Source: Patescibacteria group bacterium (lineage in GTDB: Bacteria; Patescibacteriota; Minisyncoccia; Phycocordibacterales; SBAW01). Taken from it: a stretch of DNA of 64,000 nt. The stretch covers positions 103 through 64,102 of the forward strand of contig JAGWOD010000003.1 in assembly GCA_028871115.1 (NCBI GenBank), in the 5' to 3' direction. Made by a program: the position numbers and the translations under genes. The notes beneath the pieces were generated by a model. It was given only the letters and a program-made list of their open reading frames with translations, made no database searches and had not been told where the DNA came from. Positions 10,142 to 19,808 of this stretch are shown one piece after another; the first letter of the stretch is position 1; each line of letters opens with the position of its first letter.

Positions 10142-10564
10142 TCAAAGAGCTCGGTCGATTGCTTCGTTTACAAGCGCGTCCGCCCGCTTGTTCTGCTCCC
10201 GTGGAATATGCTCAAAGGTAATGTTCGGCGCACGTTCGAGTCGAAACTCTGCAATACGAGAAAAAAATTCTTTGAGCTTCGGCTCTTTTACTTTATATAC
10301 TCCCTGCATCTGTCGCACGATAAGCTCGCTGTCCATGCGCACATGTATTGTCATTGTTTGCAGGCGCTTGCCATAGAGACTTTCGGCCCGCATAAGAGCA
10401 CGCAAAAGTGCCTCATATTCCGCGACATTATTGGTAGCCTCCCCCAAGTAATCAGAAACAGTCGCTACTTCTTTACCTGCTTCATTAAAAAGAGCGGCGC
10501 CGGCGCCGGCAGGTCCCGGATTACCGCGGGCTCCGCCATCGGTGTACATAGTAAGAGTCGCCAC
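10142..10564 (-). CDS. rnhA: Ribonuclease HI family protein
   Basis: YTDGGARGNPGPAG, TNNVAEY, DSEL and HIPREQNKRAD motifs. Confidence 0.93.
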   Translation of the reverse strand: MATLTMYTDGGARGNPGPAGAGAALFNEAGKEVATVSDYLGEATNNVAEYEALLRALMRAESLYGKRLQTMTIHVRMDSELIVRQMQGVYKVKEPKLKEFFSRIAEFRLERAPNITFEHIPREQNKRADALVNEAIDRAL

Positions 10565-10566
10565 TT

Positions 10567-12258
10567 CTAGAGTATATCAACGACCCTGAGGCGCGGACGA
10601 CCGCGGAAGTCTTGCTCGACATGACCTATAACATCTACCCGTAGGCCGAGCGAAATCTTTTTCTGGAAAGAATCAGGAGTTGAAAAAAATGAAACGCCAG
10701 AAAGCTCCGCTCCCCCGCGGGCGAGACCCACTTCCAAGTGATCATTCTTCTTTCCGAAGGTGCGTACCCGTGAAACAGATACGCTAGGAAAAAGAAAAAT
10801 GGGTTTTTTGTTGCCCGTGCCAAAAGGCGAGAGAAGGCGTAGATGCCGCAGCGCTTGAGGTGCATCTTCAAGAGTGAGCTCCGCATCGATAAGCGTTTCT
10901 CTTTCCTTACCTTCCTGAGCACGTACCGCAATGAATGCTTCATTGAGACGCTCCGGAAGTTCATGCGCACGTTCTTCCTTAAGAGAAAAACCGCCCGAGA
11001 ATTCATGGCCACCGAAATCCTCGAAAAACTCTCGCGCAGCACCCATGACTTCAACGACGTTGATGCTCCCATCAGAACGACACGATCCTTTAAGGGTCTC
11101 CCCTCCCTCCCGGCCCCATAAAAACACGGGGACGCCTTCTGATTCAACAAGAGCATTCGCGACAAGTCCCAAAATCCCCGGCCGCCAGAGAGGATTACCC
11201 ATGACGATAAGAGGAGAGGATACCCCGCCGCGCTTGCGCAGGCGAGAGCGCGCTTCCTTCACCGTTGAGGCAACCGCTCCCTTACGCTCGTCGTTGAGTT
11301 TTTCCAAACGAAGCGCTAAACGGAGTCCTTCCTCCTCACTTGTCGTACTGAGAAGCTCCGCGGCAATCTCGGGGGAACCCATGCGTGAGGCGGCATTGAT
11401 GCGGGGCGTCACCATGAATGCCACATCATCTTCAGTAAGCGTCTCTTGTTTGACGCGTATCGTGCGCAAGAGCGCCCGCAACCCCGCTCGACGGCTTTTG
11501 CGCATGACAAGAAGCCCGTAGGAAGCGAGCATGCGATTCTCGCCTTGCAGTGGCACCATGTCAGAGAGTGTGGAGAGCCCTACAAGATCGAGGAGCCAAC
11601 GCTCCTTCCCCTCGGGCAATAGTGAACGCTCTCGTAGAAGGATCGCCTGCACAAGCTTCCATGCAACACCACCTCCGCACAACTCCTTGAAAGGGTAGGT
11701 GCTATCAGTGCGATGTGGATTGATAATCGCCAAAGCGGGAGGAAGTGTCGCCTGGGGAAGATGATGATCGGTGACAATAACTTCCATCCCGAGCCCCTGC
11801 GCGTATATAACCTGCTCATGATCGGTGGTACCAAGATCGACTGTAATAACAAGCCCAACTCCTTCCGCGGCGAGTATCTCTAAACCTTCTTTATTAAGGC
11901 CGTAGCCTTCCTCGTGTCGATGAGGAATATAGTGACGCACGCTGCAGCCAATGGAGCGCAGAAACTCAGCAAGAGCCACTCCGCCCGGAATACCGTCGCA
12001 ATCGTAATCACTCCAGACGCAGATATATTCGTGCCCGTGTGCCGCCTCAATAAGGCGACGAGCAGCTTGCTCCATATCAGGGAGCAAAAATGGGTCGTGC
12101 GAATCTCCTTCAAAAGAAGGTGAAATGAAGCGCTCCGCTTCTTCCGCACTAGTAATACCGCGCGAAAGAAGGAGACGTCGCATGAATTCGGGATAGCGCA
12201 AGAGCATCGTGTGCGCTTCGGGGGAAGCCTCCTCCCGCACGCGATAGCGTTTGGTCAT
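10567..12258 (-). CDS. recJ: ssDNA-specific exonuclease RecJ
   Basis: DYDCDG, TDHH, PRINAASR and FGGH motifs. Start moved to MTKRY at 12258. Confidence 0.95.
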   Translation of the reverse strand: MTKRYRVREEASPEAHTMLLRYPEFMRRLLLSRGITSAEEAERFISPSFEGDSHDPFLLPDMEQAARRLIEAAHGHEYICVWSDYDCDGIPGGVALAEFLRSIGCSVRHYIPHRHEEGYGLNKEGLEILAAEGVGLVITVDLGTTDHEQVIYAQGLGMEVIVTDHHLPQATLPPALAIINPHRTDSTYPFKELCGGGVAWKLVQAILLRERSLLPEGKERWLLDLVGLSTLSDMVPLQGENRMLASYGLLVMRKSRRAGLRALLRTIRVKQETLTEDDVAFMVTPRINAASRMGSPEIAAELLSTTSEEEGLRLALRLEKLNDERKGAVASTVKEARSRLRKRGGVSSPLIVMGNPLWRPGILGLVANALVESEGVPVFLWGREGGETLKGSCRSDGSINVVEVMGAAREFFEDFGGHEFSGGFSLKEERAHELPERLNEAFIAVRAQEGKERETLIDAELTLEDAPQALRHLRLLSPFGTGNKKPIFLFPSVSVSRVRTFGKKNDHLEVGLARGGAELSGVSFFSTPDSFQKKISLGLRVDVIGHVEQDFRGRPRLRVVDIL

Positions 12259-12281
12259 ACTAAGGATTGTATACTGAACGC

Positions 12282-12656
12282 ATGGCGGACCAAGTGGAAA
12301 ACTGCGTCTTTTGCAAAATAGTCGCAGGAGAGATTCCTTCGACGAAGGTGTACGAGGATGATGCGTATCTCGCTTTTCTTGATATACGTCCACAAGCACC
12401 CGGGCATACTCTTATTATTCCCAAACAACACTACCGATGGGTATGGGACGTGCCCAATGTCGGCGAATATTTCGAGCGGGTGCGCTCCATAGCGCTCGCA
12501 CTGCAGAGTTCCTTTGGAACGGAAGAGGTACACTGCCGCGTCATCGGAGAAGAAGTACCCCATGCACATGTATGGGTCTACCCCGCGCCGAACAAAGCTC
12601 GGGGAGCCAAAGATGCCTTCTCGGAAAACGCCGAGCGTATACGTGCCGCATTATAG
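12282..12656 (+). CDS. HIT family hydrolase
   Basis: [20 protein letters not shown] and VPHAHVW motifs. The third His of the triad is replaced by Trp. Confidence 0.9.
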   Translation: MADQVENCVFCKIVAGEIPSTKVYEDDAYLAFLDIRPQAPGHTLIIPKQHYRWVWDVPNVGEYFERVRSIALALQSSFGTEEVHCRVIGEEVPHAHVWVYPAPNKARGAKDAFSENAERIRAAL

Positions 12657-12657
12657 A

Positions 12658-12679
12658 GAACGCCCCGAAAGGGGCGTTC
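12658..12679. terminator. Hairpin terminator between convergent genes
   Basis: GAACGCCCC-GAAA-GGGGCGTTC, a perfect 9-bp stem. Confidence 0.65.
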
Positions 12680-12680
12680 G

Positions 12681-12785
12681 TTATGCGTGATGATGAAAAA
12701 GTAGGAACAAAACTGTGCCCAGAATGAGCGAACACCCTACTACTGCCGCACAGATGTAGCGTAGTACTTTTTCATGAGGATCCAT
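12681..12785 (-). CDS. Small single-TM peptide (34 aa)
   Basis: MDPHEKVLRYICAAVVGCSLILGTVLFLLFHHHA has a purine-rich upstream region and ends at the terminator. It fills the pgk-HIT gap. Confidence 0.5.
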   Translation of the reverse strand: MDPHEKVLRYICAAVVGCSLILGTVLFLLFHHHA

Positions 12786-12846
12786 TATCCTCTTCTCCCT
12801 CAAAAAGTCTTCTCTAGTAGTAGCAGAAAGGAGTGCTTCCGGGAAG

Positions 12847-13977
12847 TTATGCGCGCAAGGGTTCAATTCCGGGGAGGGTCCCATTGGCGAGAAATTGGAG
12901 CATGGCGCCGCCGCCGGTTGATAAAAATGCTCTTGAGCCTTCGAAGGATATCCCCGAGAGAGCCGCGAGCGTGTCGCCCCCGCCGATGACTGCGGGCACT
13001 TTTGCCGATACGATTGCTCTGCCAAGCGCTTCGGTAGGGCCAATAAATCCTTTCTCATATACACCGAGTGTGCCGTTCCAGAGAACAAAAGGACTTTCAG
13101 CGATTTCCTCACTCCAGCGTTTTGCGGTTGCGGGGCCTGCATCCATGATTATCTCGTCCGCCGCAATGTCGTCGATGCCACAAACTCTCGCCACGCCATC
13201 TTTCACAACGGTGACGTCCTCTTCAACTACGATACGAGAATCGGACGCAAGCGCTCTGGGAATTGGTATTTCCGATACGAGCGAGCGGCCAACACCGTGA
13301 CCGCGCGCCACAAGAAAATCATCAGCAATCGCTCCGACTACATGAACCCGTTCGTAGAGATCGAGTAGTTTCATGATGAGCGGTTCCTTGGTCTTAAATT
13401 TTGCTCCTCCCACATATGCTCGGGCGCTCGGAGGAGGCTGAAGCGCTTTGCTGAGATGACTCACTTCCTCTTCCATAAGAAGCCCTGCATAGGAGGGGAG
13501 GAGTCCTGCGATCCCCACGATCGATGCGTGCGTCCGGTGGGAATCAGCGAACGCATCATTGACGTAAAGTTTTCCGAGAGCGGCAAGTTGCTGCGAGAGG
13601 ACGGGGCTGTTTTCCTCTTCCCCCGCTTCGCGCCTTATATTTTCAAGAATCATACACTCCCCCGGAGCCATTTTTGATGCCTCAGTCGCCGCTTCAGAGA
13701 GTGCGCCTGTGAAAAATCTAATAGGTACAGAGGTGAGTCCTTGGAGCGAGTGCGCCACACCTTGGAGACTTACTCCATCGCGCCCAAGATGGCCAAGAAT
13801 AATAGTTTTAGCGTTTCGCTCTGAAAGATATTCGATAGTGGGAAGCGCCTTTTTAAGGCGGAATGGATCAAGTGGTGCACCATCCTCCCCCACGGGTACG
13901 TTGAGGCTTGTACGCAGGACTACAGTATTTCCTACAACATCTGCTTCCCGTACACTTCGGAGTTTCATCTCTCCCAT
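12847..13977 (-). CDS. pgk: Phosphoglycerate kinase
   Basis: LNVP, HLGR, VNDAF, GGAK, GGGDT and STGGGA motifs. Confidence 0.96.
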   Translation of the reverse strand: MGEMKLRSVREADVVGNTVVLRTSLNVPVGEDGAPLDPFRLKKALPTIEYLSERNAKTIILGHLGRDGVSLQGVAHSLQGLTSVPIRFFTGALSEAATEASKMAPGECMILENIRREAGEEENSPVLSQQLAALGKLYVNDAFADSHRTHASIVGIAGLLPSYAGLLMEEEVSHLSKALQPPPSARAYVGGAKFKTKEPLIMKLLDLYERVHVVGAIADDFLVARGHGVGRSLVSEIPIPRALASDSRIVVEEDVTVVKDGVARVCGIDDIAADEIIMDAGPATAKRWSEEIAESPFVLWNGTLGVYEKGFIGPTEALGRAIVSAKVPAVIGGGDTLAALSGISFEGSRAFLSTGGGAMLQFLANGTLPGIEPLRA

Positions 13978-13985
13978 AAATAGTG

Positions 13986-14756
13986 CTACCGAACTGACTG
14001 GAGTATCTGAAGAAATGAATTGGCGTCGGCACTTGCGTGTCCTACAAGAAAGCCTGAAACATTTCCCTCTTGTATGAGTGTCGCAGCGTTGGACGGTTCA
14101 ACAGATCCTCCGTAGAGAATAGGAACGCGTAGTGCCGCATCGCGACCAATTCGATTGGCCACACTTTTGCGTATGAAAATTGCTGTCTCACGCAGCTCTG
14201 TGGGCTTCATGGCACCGGACGCTGTCTTTCCAATCGCCCACACCGGCTCATACGCGATGACAAATTTCCCTGCATCAGCCTTGGCGATACCTGCAAGAGC
14301 GGAGGAGAGCTGAGTGCCGAGGTATTCGAAGTGGTCTCCGGATGCATCTCGCTCCTTTTCGCCGATACAAAGGACAGGCCGAATGCCTTCATCAAGCGCC
14401 CGAGTAAATTTTTCATGTACTTCCTGATCGCGCTCCCCTGCAGCACGGCGCTCCGAATGCCCAACAATGACAAAGGAAACCCCGAGGGCCTTCAAAAGTG
14501 CCCCTGGCACCTCGCCGGTATGCGCTCCTCCTGGGTGTGCAGAGAGATCCTGCGCTCCTACCTGTAGTGAAGAACCTTTAAGCGCTAGAGTGAGAAGAGG
14601 AAGAAGTGGAAAAGAGGGTGCGAGTACCACCTGGACTCCTGAGAAGGTTGCCGCCTTGCGGCGCAATGTCTGTGCGAATCGCTTCGCGTCTTCGGGCGCC
14701 TCTATGTATGTTTTCCAATTGCCGATGATGAGGCGTTTGCGCGATCCGCTGGCCAT
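13986..14756 (-). CDS. tpiA: Triosephosphate isomerase
   Basis: GNWK, GHSERR, AYEPVWAIG and YGGSV motifs. Confidence 0.97.
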   Translation of the reverse strand: MASGSRKRLIIGNWKTYIEAPEDAKRFAQTLRRKAATFSGVQVVLAPSFPLLPLLTLALKGSSLQVGAQDLSAHPGGAHTGEVPGALLKALGVSFVIVGHSERRAAGERDQEVHEKFTRALDEGIRPVLCIGEKERDASGDHFEYLGTQLSSALAGIAKADAGKFVIAYEPVWAIGKTASGAMKPTELRETAIFIRKSVANRIGRDAALRVPILYGGSVEPSNAATLIQEGNVSGFLVGHASADANSFLQILQSVR

Positions 14757-14800
14757 AAGTGCATTCTACGCCTTTTTGCCAGCACAGAAAATACACCGCG

Positions 14801-16231
14801 TCACTCTTGTCGCCACAGGATGATGTTGTACTGACTTGAAGCGTAGGGGGTAAAGGGGGGCGGATCATTGGCAAGTGTCCCATCATAGGAGTAACTGCGC
14901 GTTTGATACCCGGAGGTTACTGGACTGCCCCATGCGACTCCTCCCTGCTCGTCATAGACAAAGGATCCAATTGCAGTAAGAGAAGTACGCAAAACATCTG
15001 AAGCATACTGGGAAGGAACGGAGTCTTGGCCTCCGTTTTGATAGTAATAAAAATTACGTCCGAATTCTCCGTTTTGAGCTACAAAAATTCCGTGGACCGT
15101 CATTTGATCTGGGGAGTTAAGGGGTATGAGCACGTTTCCCTCAGCGATTGCGGTAAGACCGTCGGATCCGTCATACGCCGCATACGTAATATTGTTTGGA
15201 AGGATAATATCGGGGTTTGCTCCTCCATCTCCCGTTAAATCAGCTGCAGCCACAGTGACCTTACCCTTCAGGGTGCCTTCAATCCATGCACGGTCTTCAA
15301 CGAAGATGGCACTACAGGAGGAGGGAATGGTGTAGTTGCCGAGGTACGTCTGTGAGGCAATGATGTTGTATTCCTGTGCCCAACCGTTTGCGTTGGAGTA
15401 GCTCCACACCGGGGTAGTTGCAGTCACTTGATAAACATCGACCGTACCATTGGCATTGAAAATGAGATGGTATCCACGCTGATTCGCCGATCCTGAAGCC
15501 TGCGGGAAATAGAGTCCGCCGTCGCTCTTTGCTGCTGTTTTTATCGAGGAGAGATTGACTGAAATATTGCCGAAGCTCACCTGCGGAACCGGATACACCC
15601 AGAGCGCGGGATTACCCCCTGTGCCGAAAACTCCCGGTTCATTTGTATTCGAACTACAACCGTAGGAGGAAGTGCATGTCCAACTGGAAACCGCACTTTC
15701 GACTTCAGAGAGATTGCTGCCATCCATGCGCACGCCGGAATTGGAAAGCACTCGTCCGTATACCGTCGAGGAAGAGCCGAACCAGATAGGGACGTTGGTG
15801 ATGTAGGCATAATTGGCAACCGACTCTTGCGCATAGCGACCGAAGACGCTCGAGGTAAGCGTCGGGTCTCCCGCTGTGGCACCAGTCGAAGTTATATCGA
15901 TGACAGTGGGTGAATTACATTGAAGATTTCCATTGATTGAGAGTGAAAAAGTTCCCGCAGTACCCCCTTCAGGATCCTGATACTCGTGAACATAGGGCCC
16001 TGACCCTCCAGTACCATCTTTAAGATCGGTCGGAAAATGGTAGAGATGCCAGGCATAATAATTGAGACCCGCTTCCGCGATATCGAATGCCTGCTCGCCA
16101 TTAATGCGATCCTCTTCCGCCCGCTGCATGGTAAGCAGATACCCCACGATGCCAAGACCGATCGTAAGAAACACCGCTCCAAAGACCACTACGGTAGCAA
16201 GAACAAATCCTGGAGTTCTGGAGCGGGTCAT
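14801..16231 (-). CDS. PilX-like minor pilin / pilus-associated protein
   Basis: N-terminal PG|FVLATVVVFG... prepilin-like helix and QAFDIAEAG motif. Last gene of the pil operon. Start moved to 16231. Confidence 0.75.
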   Translation of the reverse strand: MTRSRTPGFVLATVVVFGAVFLTIGLGIVGYLLTMQRAEEDRINGEQAFDIAEAGLNYYAWHLYHFPTDLKDGTGGSGPYVHEYQDPEGGTAGTFSLSINGNLQCNSPTVIDITSTGATAGDPTLTSSVFGRYAQESVANYAYITNVPIWFGSSSTVYGRVLSNSGVRMDGSNLSEVESAVSSWTCTSSYGCSSNTNEPGVFGTGGNPALWVYPVPQVSFGNISVNLSSIKTAAKSDGGLYFPQASGSANQRGYHLIFNANGTVDVYQVTATTPVWSYSNANGWAQEYNIIASQTYLGNYTIPSSCSAIFVEDRAWIEGTLKGKVTVAAADLTGDGGANPDIILPNNITYAAYDGSDGLTAIAEGNVLIPLNSPDQMTVHGIFVAQNGEFGRNFYYYQNGGQDSVPSQYASDVLRTSLTAIGSFVYDEQGGVAWGSPVTSGYQTRSYSYDGTLANDPPPFTPYASSQYNIILWRQE

Positions 16232-16232
16232 A

Positions 16233-16826
16233 TCAAAATTGTGAGGCATTTCGCAGCGCAGCGGTCGAGCGCAGGATGTAATCGCCGGTTGAAGTCGATG
16301 TATTTTCATTGACAACAAGCTCCACAGTAACGTAGGCGACAGCGGTCGTCGTTGAGTAGGTGGTTATTTGTGTCGAGGATGCATTGAAGTATTGAAATAT
16401 AGGAATATTCTCAAGCCCGTTGCGCACGTATTTTGATATGGTTGTGGTCGATTCATTTGCTACCGGATAGGTTGGAGGCGAGCCCGTGGCTACAATAGTG
16501 CCCCGCACGAAGGTGGTGCCTGAGAGGTAATACTGTACCCACTCAGGGGTGTTGCTGTCATCGACGTTGGAATAGAAGGTGAAGGAAGAAGTTGCAATTG
16601 CGGAAACAGGATAGGACCCGTCAGCGCCGTATTGTATGCCTCGTATATCTGCAACTGTCTTTTCGATGCCTTGCCGCGCACTCTCGACTGCATATGCTTC
16701 ATTGAGGGTTGTGCTGTTGGAGCGATAAAAAATGATGATGGCAGCGGTGGTCGCGATAATGGTGAGCGTCGTGATTGCGATAACGACAATAAGTTCGACC
16801 AGTGTGTATCCTCTGAGATGGTTCAT
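16233..16826 (-). CDS. Type IV minor pilin (PilW-like)
   Basis: RG|YTLVELIVVIAI class III signal peptide. Confidence 0.88.
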   Translation of the reverse strand: MNHLRGYTLVELIVVIAITTLTIIATTAAIIIFYRSNSTTLNEAYAVESARQGIEKTVADIRGIQYGADGSYPVSAIATSSFTFYSNVDDSNTPEWVQYYLSGTTFVRGTIVATGSPPTYPVANESTTTISKYVRNGLENIPIFQYFNASSTQITTYSTTTAVAYVTVELVVNENTSTSTGDYILRSTAALRNASQF

Positions 16827-18562
16827 AGCGAAATGCTGTAGGTCGACTGGCCGGAAACTGAGATCGTAGCTGCCGTAGTAGTTCCGGTATACCCGAGAGC
16901 CGAGACAGAGAGTCCGTAATTGCTCGCCGCCGTAAGACCCGGGAAGAACGCATTGCCGCAGGAGTCAGTGAGTACTGTCGAAGAAAAGCCGCTGCGAGAG
17001 AGAGTGGTTGTGGCGTTTGCTATGGGGTTGCCAGTCGCCTGACTGTGCACGGCGACAGCAAGTGAATTTTGGGTATGGGCAACGAGATAGAGATTGTTGG
17101 TACCCGAGGAGCCAGGGGCGACTGAGAAGGGCTCCGAGGGACATGCCGAGGAAACATCCCAGTTGGTGGTTGAAGCCACTGCTGTAGTGTAGGAATCCCA
17201 TTCCAAGGTAGAGGTGGAATACTCTCCGGAAGTATTTGTTGAGAGCGTCTGCGATACTTTGTAGATAGCTGCCCCGAGTCCACTGGTTCCAATGGTTTTG
17301 GCACCGTGAATAGAAAAAGTGATCGACGGTAATGGTATCGGCCCCTGTAGATACGAGAGCGACCAGCTTGAAATTGAGGGCGTGGTTGATGCGTTGTTGG
17401 TTGCAAGGGTGGCTCCAATAATGAGCGAGGGGTAAGTCGACGTTGAGAGCGCCGAAATGTTTATAGGACTTGTAGTAAAACCAGTGGAATTGCCAGGGAG
17501 TGCCGAATTGGGAATGAGAGTTCCATTTTGCTCAAAAAGTTGCACGGTTACGGAGGTCCCTGCAGGGGCAGTTGCGCTCCATGAAAGATTTTGCCATTGC
17601 GAGAGATACGAGGGAGTAAAGGTAGTCGACTGTGCGCTGCCGCTCGGTGGGTAACCACTCTGCCCCGAGGTGAGAGTGAGTGCGCCGCCAGAGATACCCG
17701 TATTTGAAGTTGCGGAGAGATAGCTTGAGCTCGTGAGAGTGTCGGTAGTCGTTGCAGATTCTATAGGCTGCCAGGTACGCACAAGAAGTGAGGCGAGGGC
17801 ATCGATCGCAAATGTTGCAGAGGTGGTCTGATTTGCGGAGACAGTGAGATTGCCGGGGTTAGGATTGGGATTCTGGGAAGTAGCAGCGTAGGTTTGTGCG
17901 GTTGAATATCCAGGATAGGTCACTGTTATTTGATAGCCGCTACCGGGTGGAGCGCCTGGAAAAAGTACGAGGCCTGAAGTATTGGCATAAGTCGTAACAT
18001 TGATAGTCGGATTGAGGGAAGTATTTACAACATTGACTTCAGCACCTGATATAGGCTGCGCCTCCGCATTAATCGCGGTGAGTGAGAGTGTTCCGCCTCC
18101 ATTATTTGTTTCGCTTCCGCCGGGGCCGATGAAATTAGAAATAAGATCGACTGAGGAGGTACCGTAGCTCGTTGAAAACGAAACGACGACCTTGGCGCGC
18201 TTGTAATCCTCAGGACCATCCGCATCGGCAGAACCGCTGCTGTCTGCAGGATCGTCGACATACTGAATGAGTGTACGCCGGTCGTAAGAGATGCCATCGA
18301 GCGCCACCGATTCATCCTGAGGTATGGTGCCGGAGGGAATGCCTGAGACTGTACCGACAGAGGAATAGGGAAGTGCTCGAAGCTCCTCCATTCGCTCGAC
18401 TGCAAGCGAGAGGGCTCCCTCGCGAGCTCGGGCAATAGCGAGGTAGTGGAGGCTCGCTTGAAAGAGCGAGTAAAGACCGATGAACGCGACGAGAAGGATG
18501 GCCGAGGCAACAACGACCTCGATGAGCGTCATCCCGGGGTATGTTCTGCGGGAGGCCTGCAT
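16823..18562 (-). CDS. Large type IV minor pilin (PilV-like) with carboxypeptidase-regulatory-like beta domains
   Basis: PG|MTLIEVVVA class III signal. Two segments of the PISGAEV/PIANATT...Y.(I/L)(T/S)V..GY type. S/T-rich. Confidence 0.82.
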   Translation of the reverse strand: MQASRRTYPGMTLIEVVVASAILLVAFIGLYSLFQASLHYLAIARAREGALSLAVERMEELRALPYSSVGTVSGIPSGTIPQDESVALDGISYDRRTLIQYVDDPADSSGSADADGPEDYKRAKVVVSFSTSYGTSSVDLISNFIGPGGSETNNGGGTLSLTAINAEAQPISGAEVNVVNTSLNPTINVTTYANTSGLVLFPGAPPGSGYQITVTYPGYSTAQTYAATSQNPNPNPGNLTVSANQTTSATFAIDALASLLVRTWQPIESATTTDTLTSSSYLSATSNTGISGGALTLTSGQSGYPPSGSAQSTTFTPSYLSQWQNLSWSATAPAGTSVTVQLFEQNGTLIPNSALPGNSTGFTTSPINISALSTSTYPSLIIGATLATNNASTTPSISSWSLSYLQGPIPLPSITFSIHGAKTIGTSGLGAAIYKVSQTLSTNTSGEYSTSTLEWDSYTTAVASTTNWDVSSACPSEPFSVAPGSSGTNNLYLVAHTQNSLAVAVHSQATGNPIANATTTLSRSGFSSTVLTDSCGNAFFPGLTAASNYGLSVSALGYTGTTTAATISVSGQSTYSISL

Positions 18563-18571
18563 GCGGATCCT

Positions 18572-19804
18572 TCAGGAAATGCTGTTGGAGAGAGAATAGA
18601 TAGGCATGATCATCGCGATTGCAAAGAAGCCAACACCCGCCCCGATAACTACCATGAGGATAGGTTCGACGATGGTCGAGAGATCTTTGGTTTCCTGCTC
18701 CACATCTTCTTCATAGAAGTCCGCAACACGGGCAAGCATACCGGGCATATCTCCTGTCTCCTCCCCTACTGCTGACATCTCCGCAAACATGACCGGATAT
18801 ATTTTCTCAGCTTCGACAAAGGCTTCCGACATGGGTTTGCCTTTCTCGACAAGTTCATGGGCATGGGCGATGATCGGACGAAAGATGCTGTTTTGCACGA
18901 CTGATTCCGTGATCTCAAGTGCTTGCAGTGCTGAGACACCCGCCGCAAGAAGCGAAGAGAGTGTGCGCGCGGTCCGCGCGGCATTCACCTTGGCCACAAT
19001 AGCGCCGATAATGGGCATATAGAGGAGCGCGAAATCGAATGCCCGTTTGCCAGGTGCCGATCGCAGGGCCGTTGCGAATCCCACAACAACGAGAACAATG
19101 AGTATCGCAACGAGTAGGGTGTTGGTGATGATGAAATTAGAGAGCCCGAGCACAATCTGGGTCGGAAGCGGGAGCTGTGCGTTCAGCGATTGAAATGTTG
19201 CAGAGAGAGTGGGTACGACAAAGATGAGCATCAAGACAAAGATGGCGAGCATGACAGTGATGACAATTGCTGGGTAGATCATCGCACCACGGACTTTTTT
19301 GGTGAGCGTATAAGAACGCTCCATCTGAGTTGCGACAACCTGAAGTGCTTGCGAGAGTGTTCCCGACTCCTCTCCCGCATGTGCCATGGCAACAAAGAGC
19401 GGGGAGAAGACTTTCGGATGTCCACGTAGTGCAGCGTGGAACGTATTTCCCGCGCGCACGTCCGCACTCACCCCCGCAATCGTCTTCTTCATGATGACGT
19501 TTTTGGTCTGCTTCTCGAGGACCGCGAGTGCGCGAGAGAGCGGAAGCCCTGCAGCAATCATGGCGGAGAGATTACGGGCGAAAAGTATCTTCTCGCTGTT
19601 GGGGACGCGCGAGAGAAACGGAATGGTCATATTCATCGAAAAGTTGAGTTTCCCCTTCTCTCCCCTTCCGCGAGAGACATCAATTGAAAGGGCGGTGGCA
19701 CCTTCTTGCTTGAGGATCTCAACAAGCGCGTGCTTATCGGGAGCTTCACGCGTCCCTTCTATCTTCTCGCCTGCCCGCATTGCTGTGTAGGTGTAGAGGG
19801 CCAT
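18572..19804 (-). CDS. pilC: Type IV pilus / T2SS platform protein
   Basis: Two T2SSF repeats: AGEESGTL...GAMIYP and VGEETGDM...EP. Confidence 0.95.
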   Translation of the reverse strand: MALYTYTAMRAGEKIEGTREAPDKHALVEILKQEGATALSIDVSRGRGEKGKLNFSMNMTIPFLSRVPNSEKILFARNLSAMIAAGLPLSRALAVLEKQTKNVIMKKTIAGVSADVRAGNTFHAALRGHPKVFSPLFVAMAHAGEESGTLSQALQVVATQMERSYTLTKKVRGAMIYPAIVITVMLAIFVLMLIFVVPTLSATFQSLNAQLPLPTQIVLGLSNFIITNTLLVAILIVLVVVGFATALRSAPGKRAFDFALLYMPIIGAIVAKVNAARTARTLSSLLAAGVSALQALEITESVVQNSIFRPIIAHAHELVEKGKPMSEAFVEAEKIYPVMFAEMSAVGEETGDMPGMLARVADFYEEDVEQETKDLSTIVEPILMVVIGAGVGFFAIAMIMPIYSLSNSIS

Positions 19805-19808
19805 ATTT

